In this document: in pieces, positions 55,133 to 64,000 of the stretch
How the letters are laid out: every line of letters starts with the position of its first letter
Numbering within the stretch: the stretch's first letter is position 1
IMG/VR virus record: IMGVR_UViG_3300021598_001257
Origin: an uncultured virus (IMG/VR IMGVR_UViG_3300021598_001257)
Lineage: Duplodnaviria > Heunggongvirae > Uroviricota > Caudoviricetes
Strand: one strand, 5' to 3'
Length of the DNA: 64,000 nt
Notes under the pieces: generated by a model
What the model was told of the DNA's origin: nothing
What the model saw: the letters and a program-made list of their open reading frames with translations, nothing else
The model's database searches: none
Position numbers and translations under genes: made by a program

Positions 55133-57318
55133 GCTACCAAAGAAATAAATTCTCCTAATACTTTTTTATTTAGTTTTTTAGTCTTCAAAGACTTTACAAA
55201 AGCGGACTTGATTTGAGACTTTGTTGCATCTTCAGCAACTTCAAACTCAGATTCCTGAGAAAGTGCGGTTGCAGACAACCCAAAATATGCATCATAACCA
55301 GACTTAGTAATAGTGAAGCTTTTCACTTTCTTCCAATCATTCTGGATTTTTTCATACTGATTATCATTATGAGAATGGTAGAGTTGAATAAATCGGTTTG
55401 CATTGCGAGGTTCAAGAACACGAATACCAATAAAGTTTGTAGAAGAGAACTTGTCCTTCAGATTCCTTAGAAGAGTATCGGTAAAATCATGATACCCATA
55501 ACCAATCTTATATGTAGTTCCAAGTTTACGATCGCGAATAAAAGTATTATGTGGATTAATATATCCAGTTCCAAGAAAGGGGGTTTTTTCCCAATGCCTT
55601 TTAACTTCTCGATGATAAACTAATTGACTTGCTTCACCATCAGTCAGAACAATACACTGAACTTTTTGCAGTTTGTTCTCTTTCTGAAACCTAGGAAGAA
55701 TTTGATGAAGGGTAATCAGTGCTTCATTTAGAGGAGTTCCCGAAAGACTAAGACGATTAGAGTATGTATAAGGAGAACTATAAGTCCTACCAAAACAATA
55801 AGCAAGACGCCAAATGTTAAGAATCTGATGTTCTAACTCTTTACCAGAAACTTTGCTAGTAAGCATATTCATCATGGAGAAAGTTTCATCCACAACCAAA
55901 AGACCATCTTTCTTCTCATAATGAGGAGTACGGTCTGCAGCAAAATAACGGTCATTCTCATAATCATACTCACCACGACGCCACTCATTGGTGAAAGCAT
56001 AAACCTCAAAAGGAATGGAAATTTTCTTGCAGAACCAAACAAGATTAAAGAGTTGCTTGCAAGTATCAAGCATCACTTCAGCCATAGAACCACTCCAGTC
56101 CAGAACAAATACCAGACCATGATTCTTACCATCAGGAATCACAGAAACTTTCTTGAACAGGTCTTCATTGTACTTGTAGGTATGAAGACGAGTAGTATCA
56201 AGAACACCAGTTCGAGCAGTTGAAGAACGAGCGTACTGGTCTGCTGCTTTGCGACATTCAAACTCTTTCACCAGATAGTTGACCTCTTTTTGAGCAGAAG
56301 ACTTAAACTTCTTAAACTCAATATCAACTTCTTTATAAAGATTTACTGGAGCATATCCTCTATCTTTTGCATGTTCATTATGAAGTTTCTGTTGATGAGA
56401 AAAAGAGTCATCAATATCCTTATGAACATCATAGTTCTTACCAATAATAGTTTCAAGATTTACTTTAGGAATCTCAATGTACGTATTCTCATAGTCATCG
56501 TTTCCAACAAGATCACGAATCTTATCTTCCAGAGATTCTGCAGTGCGAACTTCAGGTTCTTCTTCAGTATCAGAAGATTTTACAGGAGTTTCATTTCCTT
56601 GAGCCGTTCCACCATAAGAATCAGATTCGCCAGGTTGTTCCTGAGACTTATCACTCTCACCTTCTTGTTCAGAAGAGGAATCATTAGTCTCCACAAAATC
56701 ACTTGCAGGAGATTGTGAATTTCCTTGAGTCTCGTGAGAATCGAAATCAGAAACCTTCTGTTGTTGCTCTTTTTCTTTCTTACAATACTTATAAAGTTCT
56801 TCTGCAGCAATCAGAGTATCTGCAAAACTTTCACAAGCATCAATCAAATTAATGATTTCTTTCTCTTCGGGTTTAAAATTGAGAGTCCGAAAGTTACCAA
56901 TCTTAAAATAAAGATTAGCACGGTCAGCAAGATTAAAAGTAGAAATATCTTCATCTCCAAGTTGGAAGAAATCTTCCTCGTTCAGTTCTTTATAACCGTT
57001 GAAGAAAGTCTTGGCAAGTCCAGCATACTTACGCTTCATTAGTTTTTCAATACGTGCATCCTCAACAACATTTACAAACTGCTGAGGAACTTTCACAGTT
57101 TCCAACCAGTCTTCATCGGGAGTGAAGAGTGCATGACCGACCTCATGACCCACCAGAAGGTCATACACAAGTCCACTTGCCTTCTCCCACAAAGGCAAAG
57201 TTAAGACACGAGTATGAACGTTGAAGCAAGCGGTCTCTACTTTCTTGTGCTCAACTACAAGGTCTTCAGTAGCAAGGAGTTTTGCAAGTTGAGATTTGAT
57301 TTCGTGACGGACGGACAT
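55129..57318 (-). CDS. metallopeptidase-like plus vWA domain protein (CobT-like partner)
   Basis: HEVGH, NVVEDARIE, DWSGSM MIDAS, GTPL, LTDGE. Confidence 0.85.
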   Translation of the reverse strand: MSVRHEIKSQLAKLLATEDLVVEHKKVETACFNVHTRVLTLPLWEKASGLVYDLLVGHEVGHALFTPDEDWLETVKVPQQFVNVVEDARIEKLMKRKYAGLAKTFFNGYKELNEEDFFQLGDEDISTFNLADRANLYFKIGNFRTLNFKPEEKEIINLIDACESFADTLIAAEELYKYCKKEKEQQQKVSDFDSHETQGNSQSPASDFVETNDSSSEQEGESDKSQEQPGESDSYGGTAQGNETPVKSSDTEEEPEVRTAESLEDKIRDLVGNDDYENTYIEIPKVNLETIIGKNYDVHKDIDDSFSHQQKLHNEHAKDRGYAPVNLYKEVDIEFKKFKSSAQKEVNYLVKEFECRKAADQYARSSTARTGVLDTTRLHTYKYNEDLFKKVSVIPDGKNHGLVFVLDWSGSMAEVMLDTCKQLFNLVWFCKKISIPFEVYAFTNEWRRGEYDYENDRYFAADRTPHYEKKDGLLVVDETFSMMNMLTSKVSGKELEHQILNIWRLAYCFGRTYSSPYTYSNRLSLSGTPLNEALITLHQILPRFQKENKLQKVQCIVLTDGEASQLVYHREVKRHWEKTPFLGTGYINPHNTFIRDRKLGTTYKIGYGYHDFTDTLLRNLKDKFSSTNFIGIRVLEPRNANRFIQLYHSHNDNQYEKIQNDWKKVKSFTITKSGYDAYFGLSATALSQESEFEVAEDATKSQIKSAFVKSLKTKKLNKKVLGEFISLVA

Positions 57319-57397
57319 TCGACTTGTTTTCGTATGAGACTATTATACAAAAAAAGAGGGTCGTGAAACCCTCTTGTGTGCCAGTTTTGGAAGTGTC

Positions 57398-57850
57398 TTA
57401 TGCAGGTGGAAGTTTTACTGGATTTGGACCCGTCATTTTGTTATAAATTTTTTGTGCTCTAGGGTCTTTTAATGTTTGTCCCTTATTCCAAGTTTTGTTA
57501 TCAGATGGACTATCTGTTGGACCACCAGTCATTTGCTCAACAATACTCTGTCTCCACTCTTCACTCATATTTGCCATAATAGCAAGAGCTGCCTTGTTGG
57601 TATCAGCATATCCTTCGGCAACTAGGTATTCTAACAGATAATCAAAGAGATCAACCTCTTCTTCCACAGGAGATGATGGTTTATTAACTCTTAGTCCAGG
57701 AACTTGTTTTGCTTTCTTTTCAGTTTCAAAATTTGGAATTCTATCATTTTGTGTAGTAGTAGCAACTTTAACTTCATCAAGTTTTTCTTTAACTTGTGAG
57801 TACATAGAAGCATATGCTTCCATTATCTCTCTAACTTCTTTTGCTTTCAT
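57398..57850 (-). CDS. late hypothetical protein of the EGYA family
   Basis: YLVAEGYADTNKAALAIMANMSEEW; TATAAATA upstream. Confidence 0.8.
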   Translation of the reverse strand: MKAKEVREIMEAYASMYSQVKEKLDEVKVATTTQNDRIPNFETEKKAKQVPGLRVNKPSSPVEEEVDLFDYLLEYLVAEGYADTNKAALAIMANMSEEWRQSIVEQMTGGPTDSPSDNKTWNKGQTLKDPRAQKIYNKMTGPNPVKLPPA

Positions 57851-57873
57851 TTTTACAAAGACTTTTTAGATAT

Positions 57874-58011
57874 TTATAAAAAAGAAGAACCGCCCCGTGA
57901 GAGGCGGTTCTTGAGTGCTTGGCGTCGTGCTTTTGCTTGTCGGAGTGCTTGCGGTTTCAGTTTCCGCTTCTGCTCCTTCTTAGAGTGGTGTTGCCAGTTT
58001 GGGACTTGCAT
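57874..58011 (-). CDS. small basic protein (45 aa)
   Basis: Hand translation MQVPNWQHHSKKEQKRKLKPQALRQAKARR... Confidence 0.6.
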   Translation of the reverse strand: MQVPNWQHHSKKEQKRKLKPQALRQAKARRQALKNRLSRGGSSFL

Positions 58012-58025
58012 GATTCTTAAGTGAG

Positions 58026-59738
58026 TTAAACCACCATACGCGAAAAACCTTTGACCTTTTCGAATCGGATGACACTTTCAAATCTGTCCTCAAGACCTGT
58101 CTTATGAGAAATAACAAAGATGTTTGCATCCTTAATCACATAACGAATAATCTTAAGGAACTCTTCGGTTCCAAATCCATCAAGTGAACTATCAAACACC
58201 TCATCCATAATCAGAAGATTTGTATTGACTGAGTTTTTCATTCTTGCAACTTCTCTCCAAGTAAAGAGTAGTGCAAGGTCAATTCTCATTTTTTCTCCTT
58301 CACTAAAAGAAGCATAGGAAAAATCTTCATGAATAGGTGACTGGACGGTTTCGTTAAATTCCTCATCAAGAGTAAAGTTAATATAGAAATCCATCATCTG
58401 CAAGTAACGATTAACTTGTTGATTGATGAGCGGCAAATACTTTTTAATGATTTTGGATTTTACTCCACCGTCTTTAAGCAAACTATACGAAAAATCGTAA
58501 TAGTTGATTGTGTCTTTTTTAGAAGCGAGTTCGTCGTATGTAGTTTTTAAGTTGTCTTTGAAGGATTCTAACTTCTCATGTTCAGAATTTCTGTTTGCAA
58601 GGTTCTCGGTAAGAACTTGAATTTCGTGTTCAAGATTTCGGATTTGTCTCCGTAATCCGTTAATCTTAATATTGTTTTGAGAAATGCCATTTGTTAGTTT
58701 TGAGATCTCCTTCGATAGAGAAGTGAATTGACGCTCTCGCTCTTCTTCCTCTTTAATTGCCTCCTCCAGTTCTTTATAACCAGATTGCAACTCCTTTGCT
58801 TTAGATTGAGCGTCGTTAATTCTATTTATTCTGAAGACCTCCTCAATAGACTGGGTACAAGTAGGGCATACCGTATTCTCTGTGAAGAATTTATGCTCTT
58901 TAGTAATTGTAGATACTTTTTGAGAAATCTTACCTTTTAGGTTTCCAAGTTTACGTAGTTTATCAGCATATCCAACTAACTTATCTTGCTCTCTGATATA
59001 CTCATAAAGAGGTTCCTCTAAAGAGCTATTTTCATCCATATGTTGTTGGATTTCTTTATCTAAATCGGAAATTTTCCTATTATTATTATCAATACTTTCC
59101 TTTCCGCGATTTTCAAGTTCTTCAATAAACTCCTGCTGCATCTTGACTTTATCAAGAAGAGATTCTTTCTTCAATTCAAGAACTTTGATTTCTTCTTTTG
59201 ATTGACGAATCTTTTCTTTTATTACAATATTCATCGAAGAGAAGATTTTAATATCAAGCAAATCTTCAATTACTTCTCGACGATGAGCAGCAGAAAGTTG
59301 CATGAAGGGAACAAAAGTACTCGAACCCAAAATTACAATTTGAGTAAAAGACTTGTAGTTCATCTTAAGAACAGTCTGTTCAAACCACTTTTGTTGGTCC
59401 AGAGCAGCTGAAGACTGGTCTAAAGGAGTATCATTTCTCCAAATCTCAAACAGTGCTGGTTTAATTCCTCTTACAATTTTCCAATCAGTGTTTCCAATTG
59501 AAAACTCAACTTCAACTCTACAATCCTTCTCATTTACAGAGTTGATTAGTTGTGGTTTATTAATCTTACGAAATGGTTTTCCAAATAAAGAAAATGTAAG
59601 TGCATCCAGAACAGTGCTTTTTCCAGCTCCGTTTGTACCGACGATTAGATTAGTTTTATTTTCAGTAAAATCAACTTCCGTATATTGATTTCCAGTACTT
59701 AAGAAGTTTTTCCATCTAATAGTTTTAAATAAAATCAT
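58026..59738 (-). CDS. gp46: recombination endonuclease subunit, Rad50-like (gp46)
   Basis: GTNGAGKST, CPTC hook, FSEGEK, MDEVFD. Confidence 0.96.
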   Translation of the reverse strand: MILFKTIRWKNFLSTGNQYTEVDFTENKTNLIVGTNGAGKSTVLDALTFSLFGKPFRKINKPQLINSVNEKDCRVEVEFSIGNTDWKIVRGIKPALFEIWRNDTPLDQSSAALDQQKWFEQTVLKMNYKSFTQIVILGSSTFVPFMQLSAAHRREVIEDLLDIKIFSSMNIVIKEKIRQSKEEIKVLELKKESLLDKVKMQQEFIEELENRGKESIDNNNRKISDLDKEIQQHMDENSSLEEPLYEYIREQDKLVGYADKLRKLGNLKGKISQKVSTITKEHKFFTENTVCPTCTQSIEEVFRINRINDAQSKAKELQSGYKELEEAIKEEEERERQFTSLSKEISKLTNGISQNNIKINGLRRQIRNLEHEIQVLTENLANRNSEHEKLESFKDNLKTTYDELASKKDTINYYDFSYSLLKDGGVKSKIIKKYLPLINQQVNRYLQMMDFYINFTLDEEFNETVQSPIHEDFSYASFSEGEKMRIDLALLFTWREVARMKNSVNTNLLIMDEVFDSSLDGFGTEEFLKIIRYVIKDANIFVISHKTGLEDRFESVIRFEKVKGFSRMVV

Positions 59739-59997
59739 GTTCAGTGTTTGGAGGAATTACAATATCATCGGGAGTAATAACAGTATACTGGTATCCATGC
59801 ATTTCGCAAGTTTTTACCATCACTTCATCTTCAATTTCAATTATATGCATTTCAGGATATCCATCTTCTTCTAACATCATAGCATATCGAACAGCATCAT
59901 CTTCCTCCTCAAAGAGATATAAGATATGCTCTCCCTCATCGTCTAATACAGAATATGCTCCTTCAGTCTCTCTGCCATTAATAGTTAGAATGAACAT
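59725..59997 (-). CDS. hypothetical acidic protein
   Basis: LFEEEDDAVRYAMML. Confidence 0.75.
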   Translation of the reverse strand: MFILTINGRETEGAYSVLDDEGEHILYLFEEEDDAVRYAMMLEEDGYPEMHIIEIEDEVMVKTCEMHGYQYTVITPDDIVIPPNTEHDFI

Positions 59998-61038
59998 TTA
60001 AACTAATTCACATGCCTCTTGATAGATTTCTTGCATCATTTTTTGAATGATCGATTTATCAAGACTGATTTCTGCCTCCTCAATATATCTATTCAAGATA
60101 GAAATAGTATCTTCGCTTTCAAATGCTTCAAACTCTTGAGGTTCTTGAATATCAAAGTTCTCAATAATCTTGAGTTCTGCAATATTTGAGGCATAAAGTT
60201 TATCAATGAACTTTTCAAATTTTTTAGTATCTGACTTTTTGCGTACAACAACTTTTACAATTTTGTTCTCATACTCACGAGTATCAAATGTTTGATAATT
60301 AGTATCCTCATAGTAAATGTTGTAAAACATCTTATAAGGATTATCGACTGGAGTATGTTCTAGTGTTTCAGTATCGAAGATAGTAAAACCACGAGTATCA
60401 TTTACATCAGTCCAGTAAATCTCATATGGATTTCCTAAGTAAAAGACTGTTCCGTTAGTCGATCGAGTGTGATAGTGTCCCGAGAAGACACGCTTGAACT
60501 TCTCAAATAACTTGCTTTCCAAACCATGCTCCATGATGATTTGTCGATTAACTCTAAATCCTTGGAGTTCAAGGTGCCCCATCGCACATGGGCAAGTTGT
60601 CTTTTGAATAAGTTTGAGAGTACTTTCCTCATTTTCTTGATTAATCCAGGGTATAAAAAGTGTTAGGAGTTTATCCAACATCACTTCAGTTGGTTCAGAA
60701 TATACAGTCACGTTATCATACTCACGCAGAAGTAAATCAACTGCGTTTACATTATTAGTATTCTTATAATAAGCAGTATGATTTCCTACAATAGTATGGA
60801 CTTTTACACCCATTTCTTGAAGACAGTCATAGTAATTATTCTTAGCCCATGACAAAGCAGAGAAATCAATTCCTTTACGACTATCAAAAGTATCTCCCAT
60901 ATCTACAACAGTAGTAATCCCTTGCTCTTCGAGTGTAGGGAAAAATACGTCGTTGTAGAACTTTAAGAAATAATCATGAAAGAGTTTAGAATTCTTTCTT
61001 GCTCCAAAGTGCTGGTCAGTAATAATTGCTACTTTCAT
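59998..61038 (-). CDS. gp47: recombination endonuclease subunit, Mre11-like (gp47)
   Basis: TDQHFG, GDTFD, GNH, SGHYH. Confidence 0.95.
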   Translation of the reverse strand: MKVAIITDQHFGARKNSKLFHDYFLKFYNDVFFPTLEEQGITTVVDMGDTFDSRKGIDFSALSWAKNNYYDCLQEMGVKVHTIVGNHTAYYKNTNNVNAVDLLLREYDNVTVYSEPTEVMLDKLLTLFIPWINQENEESTLKLIQKTTCPCAMGHLELQGFRVNRQIIMEHGLESKLFEKFKRVFSGHYHTRSTNGTVFYLGNPYEIYWTDVNDTRGFTIFDTETLEHTPVDNPYKMFYNIYYEDTNYQTFDTREYENKIVKVVVRKKSDTKKFEKFIDKLYASNIAELKIIENFDIQEPQEFEAFESEDTISILNRYIEEAEISLDKSIIQKMMQEIYQEACELV

Positions 61039-61536
61039 TCAATACCGCAGTTTGCTGTGAACTCCGTCCTTAATGGAATTATAGTCTGAATAGTTCCCAC
61101 CGTCAATGGTGTTGTCGTCTGCAAATACTTCAGAAAATCCAGAACGCTCAAGGATTTTGTTCTTGATTTCTAGTTGACGCTTTTCTCTCTGAATACGGCG
61201 AAGAAATGCGTAGTGAATGATTTGAGTAAAATAAGCAAAAGGATTTTGAGATTTCTCCGGATTAAAGTTATGAATGTACTGAACACAGTTTTCAATGCCA
61301 TCAGAAATCATATCTTCCTTAAACATATAGTTCACGAAGTTTGGTTTGAAGGAAAGGTGATTTGCAATCTTCAGGAAACACTCTCCAATGTAGCGAGGAA
61401 TGGGAGGTTTTGGCTTTCCTTGGATTTCTGCAATTTCTTTATCCTCACGATACTTAATGAGTGCAGCAAGAAACTCTTTATTGTTAACATAATGCTCTGA
61501 CCTCTTTCTTTTGGTCATAACTGCTGTGGTAATCAT
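61039..61536 (-). CDS. gp55: late-transcription sigma factor (gp55)
   Basis: HYVNNKEF, DMISDGIENC, NPFAYFTQI. Confidence 0.95.
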   Translation of the reverse strand: MITTAVMTKRKRSEHYVNNKEFLAALIKYREDKEIAEIQGKPKPPIPRYIGECFLKIANHLSFKPNFVNYMFKEDMISDGIENCVQYIHNFNPEKSQNPFAYFTQIIHYAFLRRIQREKRQLEIKNKILERSGFSEVFADDNTIDGGNYSDYNSIKDGVHSKLRY

Positions 61537-61641
61537 AAGTTTTTATCATTATTATGTATAGATTATACCACTTGTGCAAATAGTTGACAAGGTTCCTTAA
61601 AACATGTACAATAACCCTTGTCCGGGTTGATAAGATAATAC

Positions 61642-62037
61642 TTAGCTATTTTTATAAAGCTTTTCTAAGATTTCTTTAGCATCATTAACGTTAGCAATAT
61701 ACCCCATTCTTCGATTAATTTTTGATTGGTTCAAAGATTCTTTATTTGTCTGGCGAACATAGGATTGGTACATCATAATCATTTCAACATCAGAAGATTC
61801 TGAAAGAGTAAGTACATCTTCTAAATTAATTATAAACATATCTTCTTTAGTGGTTTTTAACCAAGGTTCTAGTTTATAACCAACAATATTTGTTCTGCTT
61901 TTTATTTCTGAAATAGTAATTGGATTGGAAATAATTAATAAAGTTCTATCTTCTTCCTCAGAAGCTGCAACTTTAGCAAATATTTCCTCTCCAGTTTTTA
62001 GTTTGATAGTAGCATAAAAATCTTCTTCAATTCCCAT
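61642..62037 (-). CDS. conserved cyanophage hypothetical protein
   Basis: IKLKTGEEIFA; lies between uvsW and gp55. Confidence 0.75.
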   Translation of the reverse strand: MGIEEDFYATIKLKTGEEIFAKVAASEEEDRTLLIISNPITISEIKSRTNIVGYKLEPWLKTTKEDMFIINLEDVLTLSESSDVEMIMMYQSYVRQTNKESLNQSKINRRMGYIANVNDAKEILEKLYKNS

Positions 62038-63499
62038 TTTTCTTAAGTTGTACGGTGATTATTTCATAGTTAAAATTTTCTTCATTATAAATTTTAATTC
62101 TTTCAATGAGATGATTTAAAGTATAATTTTTCTTTGAATTTGAAGTGCAATCATCAGCAATGTCATAAAGGGTTGCTTTTACTTTATTTTTTCCCTTTCT
62201 AAGAACTCTTCCAATGCTTTGAAGATTTCTGATTCTTGATTTACTGGGTGAAGCGAAGATAACGTTATGGAGATTTTTAATATTGATGCCAGTAGAAAAA
62301 GTTCCATAAGAAGCAACAATAATTGCGTTGTTTTCTCTCTCTGTAATTTCTCTAACTAATTCTCTTTCTTCAGTATCAACTCCACCGTGAATGAAAAATA
62401 CTTTTCTATCATCTCGCTTATTGCTATTTATCTTCTCATAAAGAATAGCTCCATGAGTTTCTACTCTTGAAAATAAAACAAGAGTATTCCCTTTCATATC
62501 TAAAGAAAGATTGGTTATGAATTTATTTCTTTGTTCGTGGGAAATCAGATATTGTATCTCATCCTCATAAGTTTCAAACTTTTGTGGAGTGTGCTTAAGA
62601 ACAATACATTGGATATCAAGTTGAGAAAGATGTCCCTGCTTCATCAATTCATCGGTTCTGGTTACTTTGTATGATGGACCAAACAATCCTTCCAAAACCC
62701 ATTTGTGAGTTTGAGTTCCATCAAGAGTTCCTGTAAAACCAAATCTATACTTTGCATGATGAAGTTTAGTCATAATTTCAATGAGCGATTTGCTCTTGAA
62801 AAGATGTGCTTCATCCCCTATAATTACTTCATACTCCTCAAAAAATGAACGTTCAAGTTTATAAACTGATTGCCATGTAGTAATCGTTACTGAGTATTCA
62901 TTTGTTTTTTCCCTACCAGAATAGATACGGTGACAATATGACTCAGCATCCCAACCATAGTCTTGGAAATCCTTGTACATCTGCTCTACAAGGGATGTCG
63001 TTGGAACAACTAGAAGAATTTTTTTCCCTTTATCTACATAATACCTTACAAGGGAATAAATCATTAAGGATTTACCTGAGGCTGTGGGTGATATCAATAA
63101 TTTTCTATTATGTCGTAGAGCACCGTATACTCCCTCTATCTGATATTCCCTCGGAGAATGGGAACAAATAGATTTCATATAGTCTTTTACGCCTTCGTAT
63201 GAGATGCCTTCATTAACTTCAAAAGGCATTCCATAAAACTTATTTTCTTTAAACTCATATTTGTACTTGTGGAGAGATAGTTTGTCAATAACTTTATCTA
63301 ACAAACCAGCGTAAATTTCTCCCGTATGAGTACTTAACAGGCGAATCTTACCGTCCCAATGCCTACTTCTATATTGGGACATGAATTTTGCAGATTCAAC
63401 TTCAAAAGTAAAGTACGGTTGCAGTTCATATAAAATATGAGGTTCGCAATTGAGTTTGATGCAAACCTCATTCTTCTTTTCAATAATTACGTCACTCAT
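62027..63499 (-). CDS. uvsW: UvsW helicase
   Basis: SPTASGKS, DEAH, TGT, QSIGRVLR. Confidence 0.95.
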   Translation of the reverse strand: MSDVIIEKKNEVCIKLNCEPHILYELQPYFTFEVESAKFMSQYRSRHWDGKIRLLSTHTGEIYAGLLDKVIDKLSLHKYKYEFKENKFYGMPFEVNEGISYEGVKDYMKSICSHSPREYQIEGVYGALRHNRKLLISPTASGKSLMIYSLVRYYVDKGKKILLVVPTTSLVEQMYKDFQDYGWDAESYCHRIYSGREKTNEYSVTITTWQSVYKLERSFFEEYEVIIGDEAHLFKSKSLIEIMTKLHHAKYRFGFTGTLDGTQTHKWVLEGLFGPSYKVTRTDELMKQGHLSQLDIQCIVLKHTPQKFETYEDEIQYLISHEQRNKFITNLSLDMKGNTLVLFSRVETHGAILYEKINSNKRDDRKVFFIHGGVDTEERELVREITERENNAIIVASYGTFSTGINIKNLHNVIFASPSKSRIRNLQSIGRVLRKGKNKVKATLYDIADDCTSNSKKNYTLNHLIERIKIYNEENFNYEIITVQLKKNGN

Positions 63500-63526
63500 A
63501 GCATCATAATTGCTATGAGTATTTAT

Positions 63527-63964
63527 TTACCCTAATCCAGACTGAAAACGCATAAACTCAATTGCATTTTTAATTTGATATGTTCTATTTTGTATCATCT
63601 TTAAAATGCTTTCAATATACGTCAACATTGTATCATAATAATCAATTTTTAAACATACTGTCGAAAGATTCTCATCCGCATCAAGATATTTTTGCATCGT
63701 ATCTTTATCGCGAATCTTTTTAGGAAATGGATTTTCCGTATAAACTTCTGGGTCTGCTTTACCAGAATAATATTCGTATCTTTCGTGTCTGATATTTCTT
63801 TTTTGCTGCTCTGCTTTTTTCCTTAGGAGAAAAATAGTATTATAAAGTTCAAAGTATTTTGCGTGAAGACCTGGGATATTTGTTGATTCTGTATGAAGAT
63901 TATCCATATCAATTTTAGAATCTTGTTCCCACATCTTTTGAATCATATCAAGATCAAAACTCAT
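63527..63964 (-). CDS. uvsY: recombination mediator UvsY
   Basis: IPGLHAKY, YYSGKA, RTYQIKNAIE. Confidence 0.9.
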   Translation of the reverse strand: MSFDLDMIQKMWEQDSKIDMDNLHTESTNIPGLHAKYFELYNTIFLLRKKAEQQKRNIRHERYEYYSGKADPEVYTENPFPKKIRDKDTMQKYLDADENLSTVCLKIDYYDTMLTYIESILKMIQNRTYQIKNAIEFMRFQSGLG

Positions 63965-64000
63965 AATAAGTTTCCTTGCAAATCTGTTATATTGTAAATA

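Overview
This is a 64-kb segment of an AT-rich T4-like cyanophage (probably a freshwater cyanomyovirus). Almost all genes are on the minus strand. From the right end the order is: (1) T4 core replication, recombination and late-transcription genes (uvsY, uvsW, gp55, gp47, gp46, vWA/peptidase, cobS-like ATPase, gp45, gp44, gp62, regA, hsp20, gp43, uvsX, gp41, mazG); (2) late internal-head-like proteins; (3) gp61, nrdA, nrdB and a free-standing GIY-YIG endonuclease; (4) a tRNA region (19 intact tRNAs, plus tRNA-Ala at 41.4 kb) interleaved with tRNA-like elements and unexplained structured RNAs; (5) a wcaG/manA-type RNA ahead of a 12-gene glycosylation island that includes nadE; (6) a host-type SomA porin, then hli, petF and peroxiredoxin auxiliary genes; (7) a lysis-like module. 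The strongest novel candidate is a promoter-driven RNA cassette at 23.0-23.6 kb. It contains a mini-tRNA, four tandem hairpins with unrelated stems but conserved C(C/G)GCCA loops, and further tRNA mimics. The four loops are complementary to the four UGGYG-type motifs of the structured RNA at 19.3-19.7 kb. Several conserved genes (lysozyme, uvsX, gp41, a tRNA-Glu-like gene) carry short internal deletions and nrdA has an N gap, so some oddities may be assembly artefacts. All calls come from reading motifs by eye; no database searches were run.
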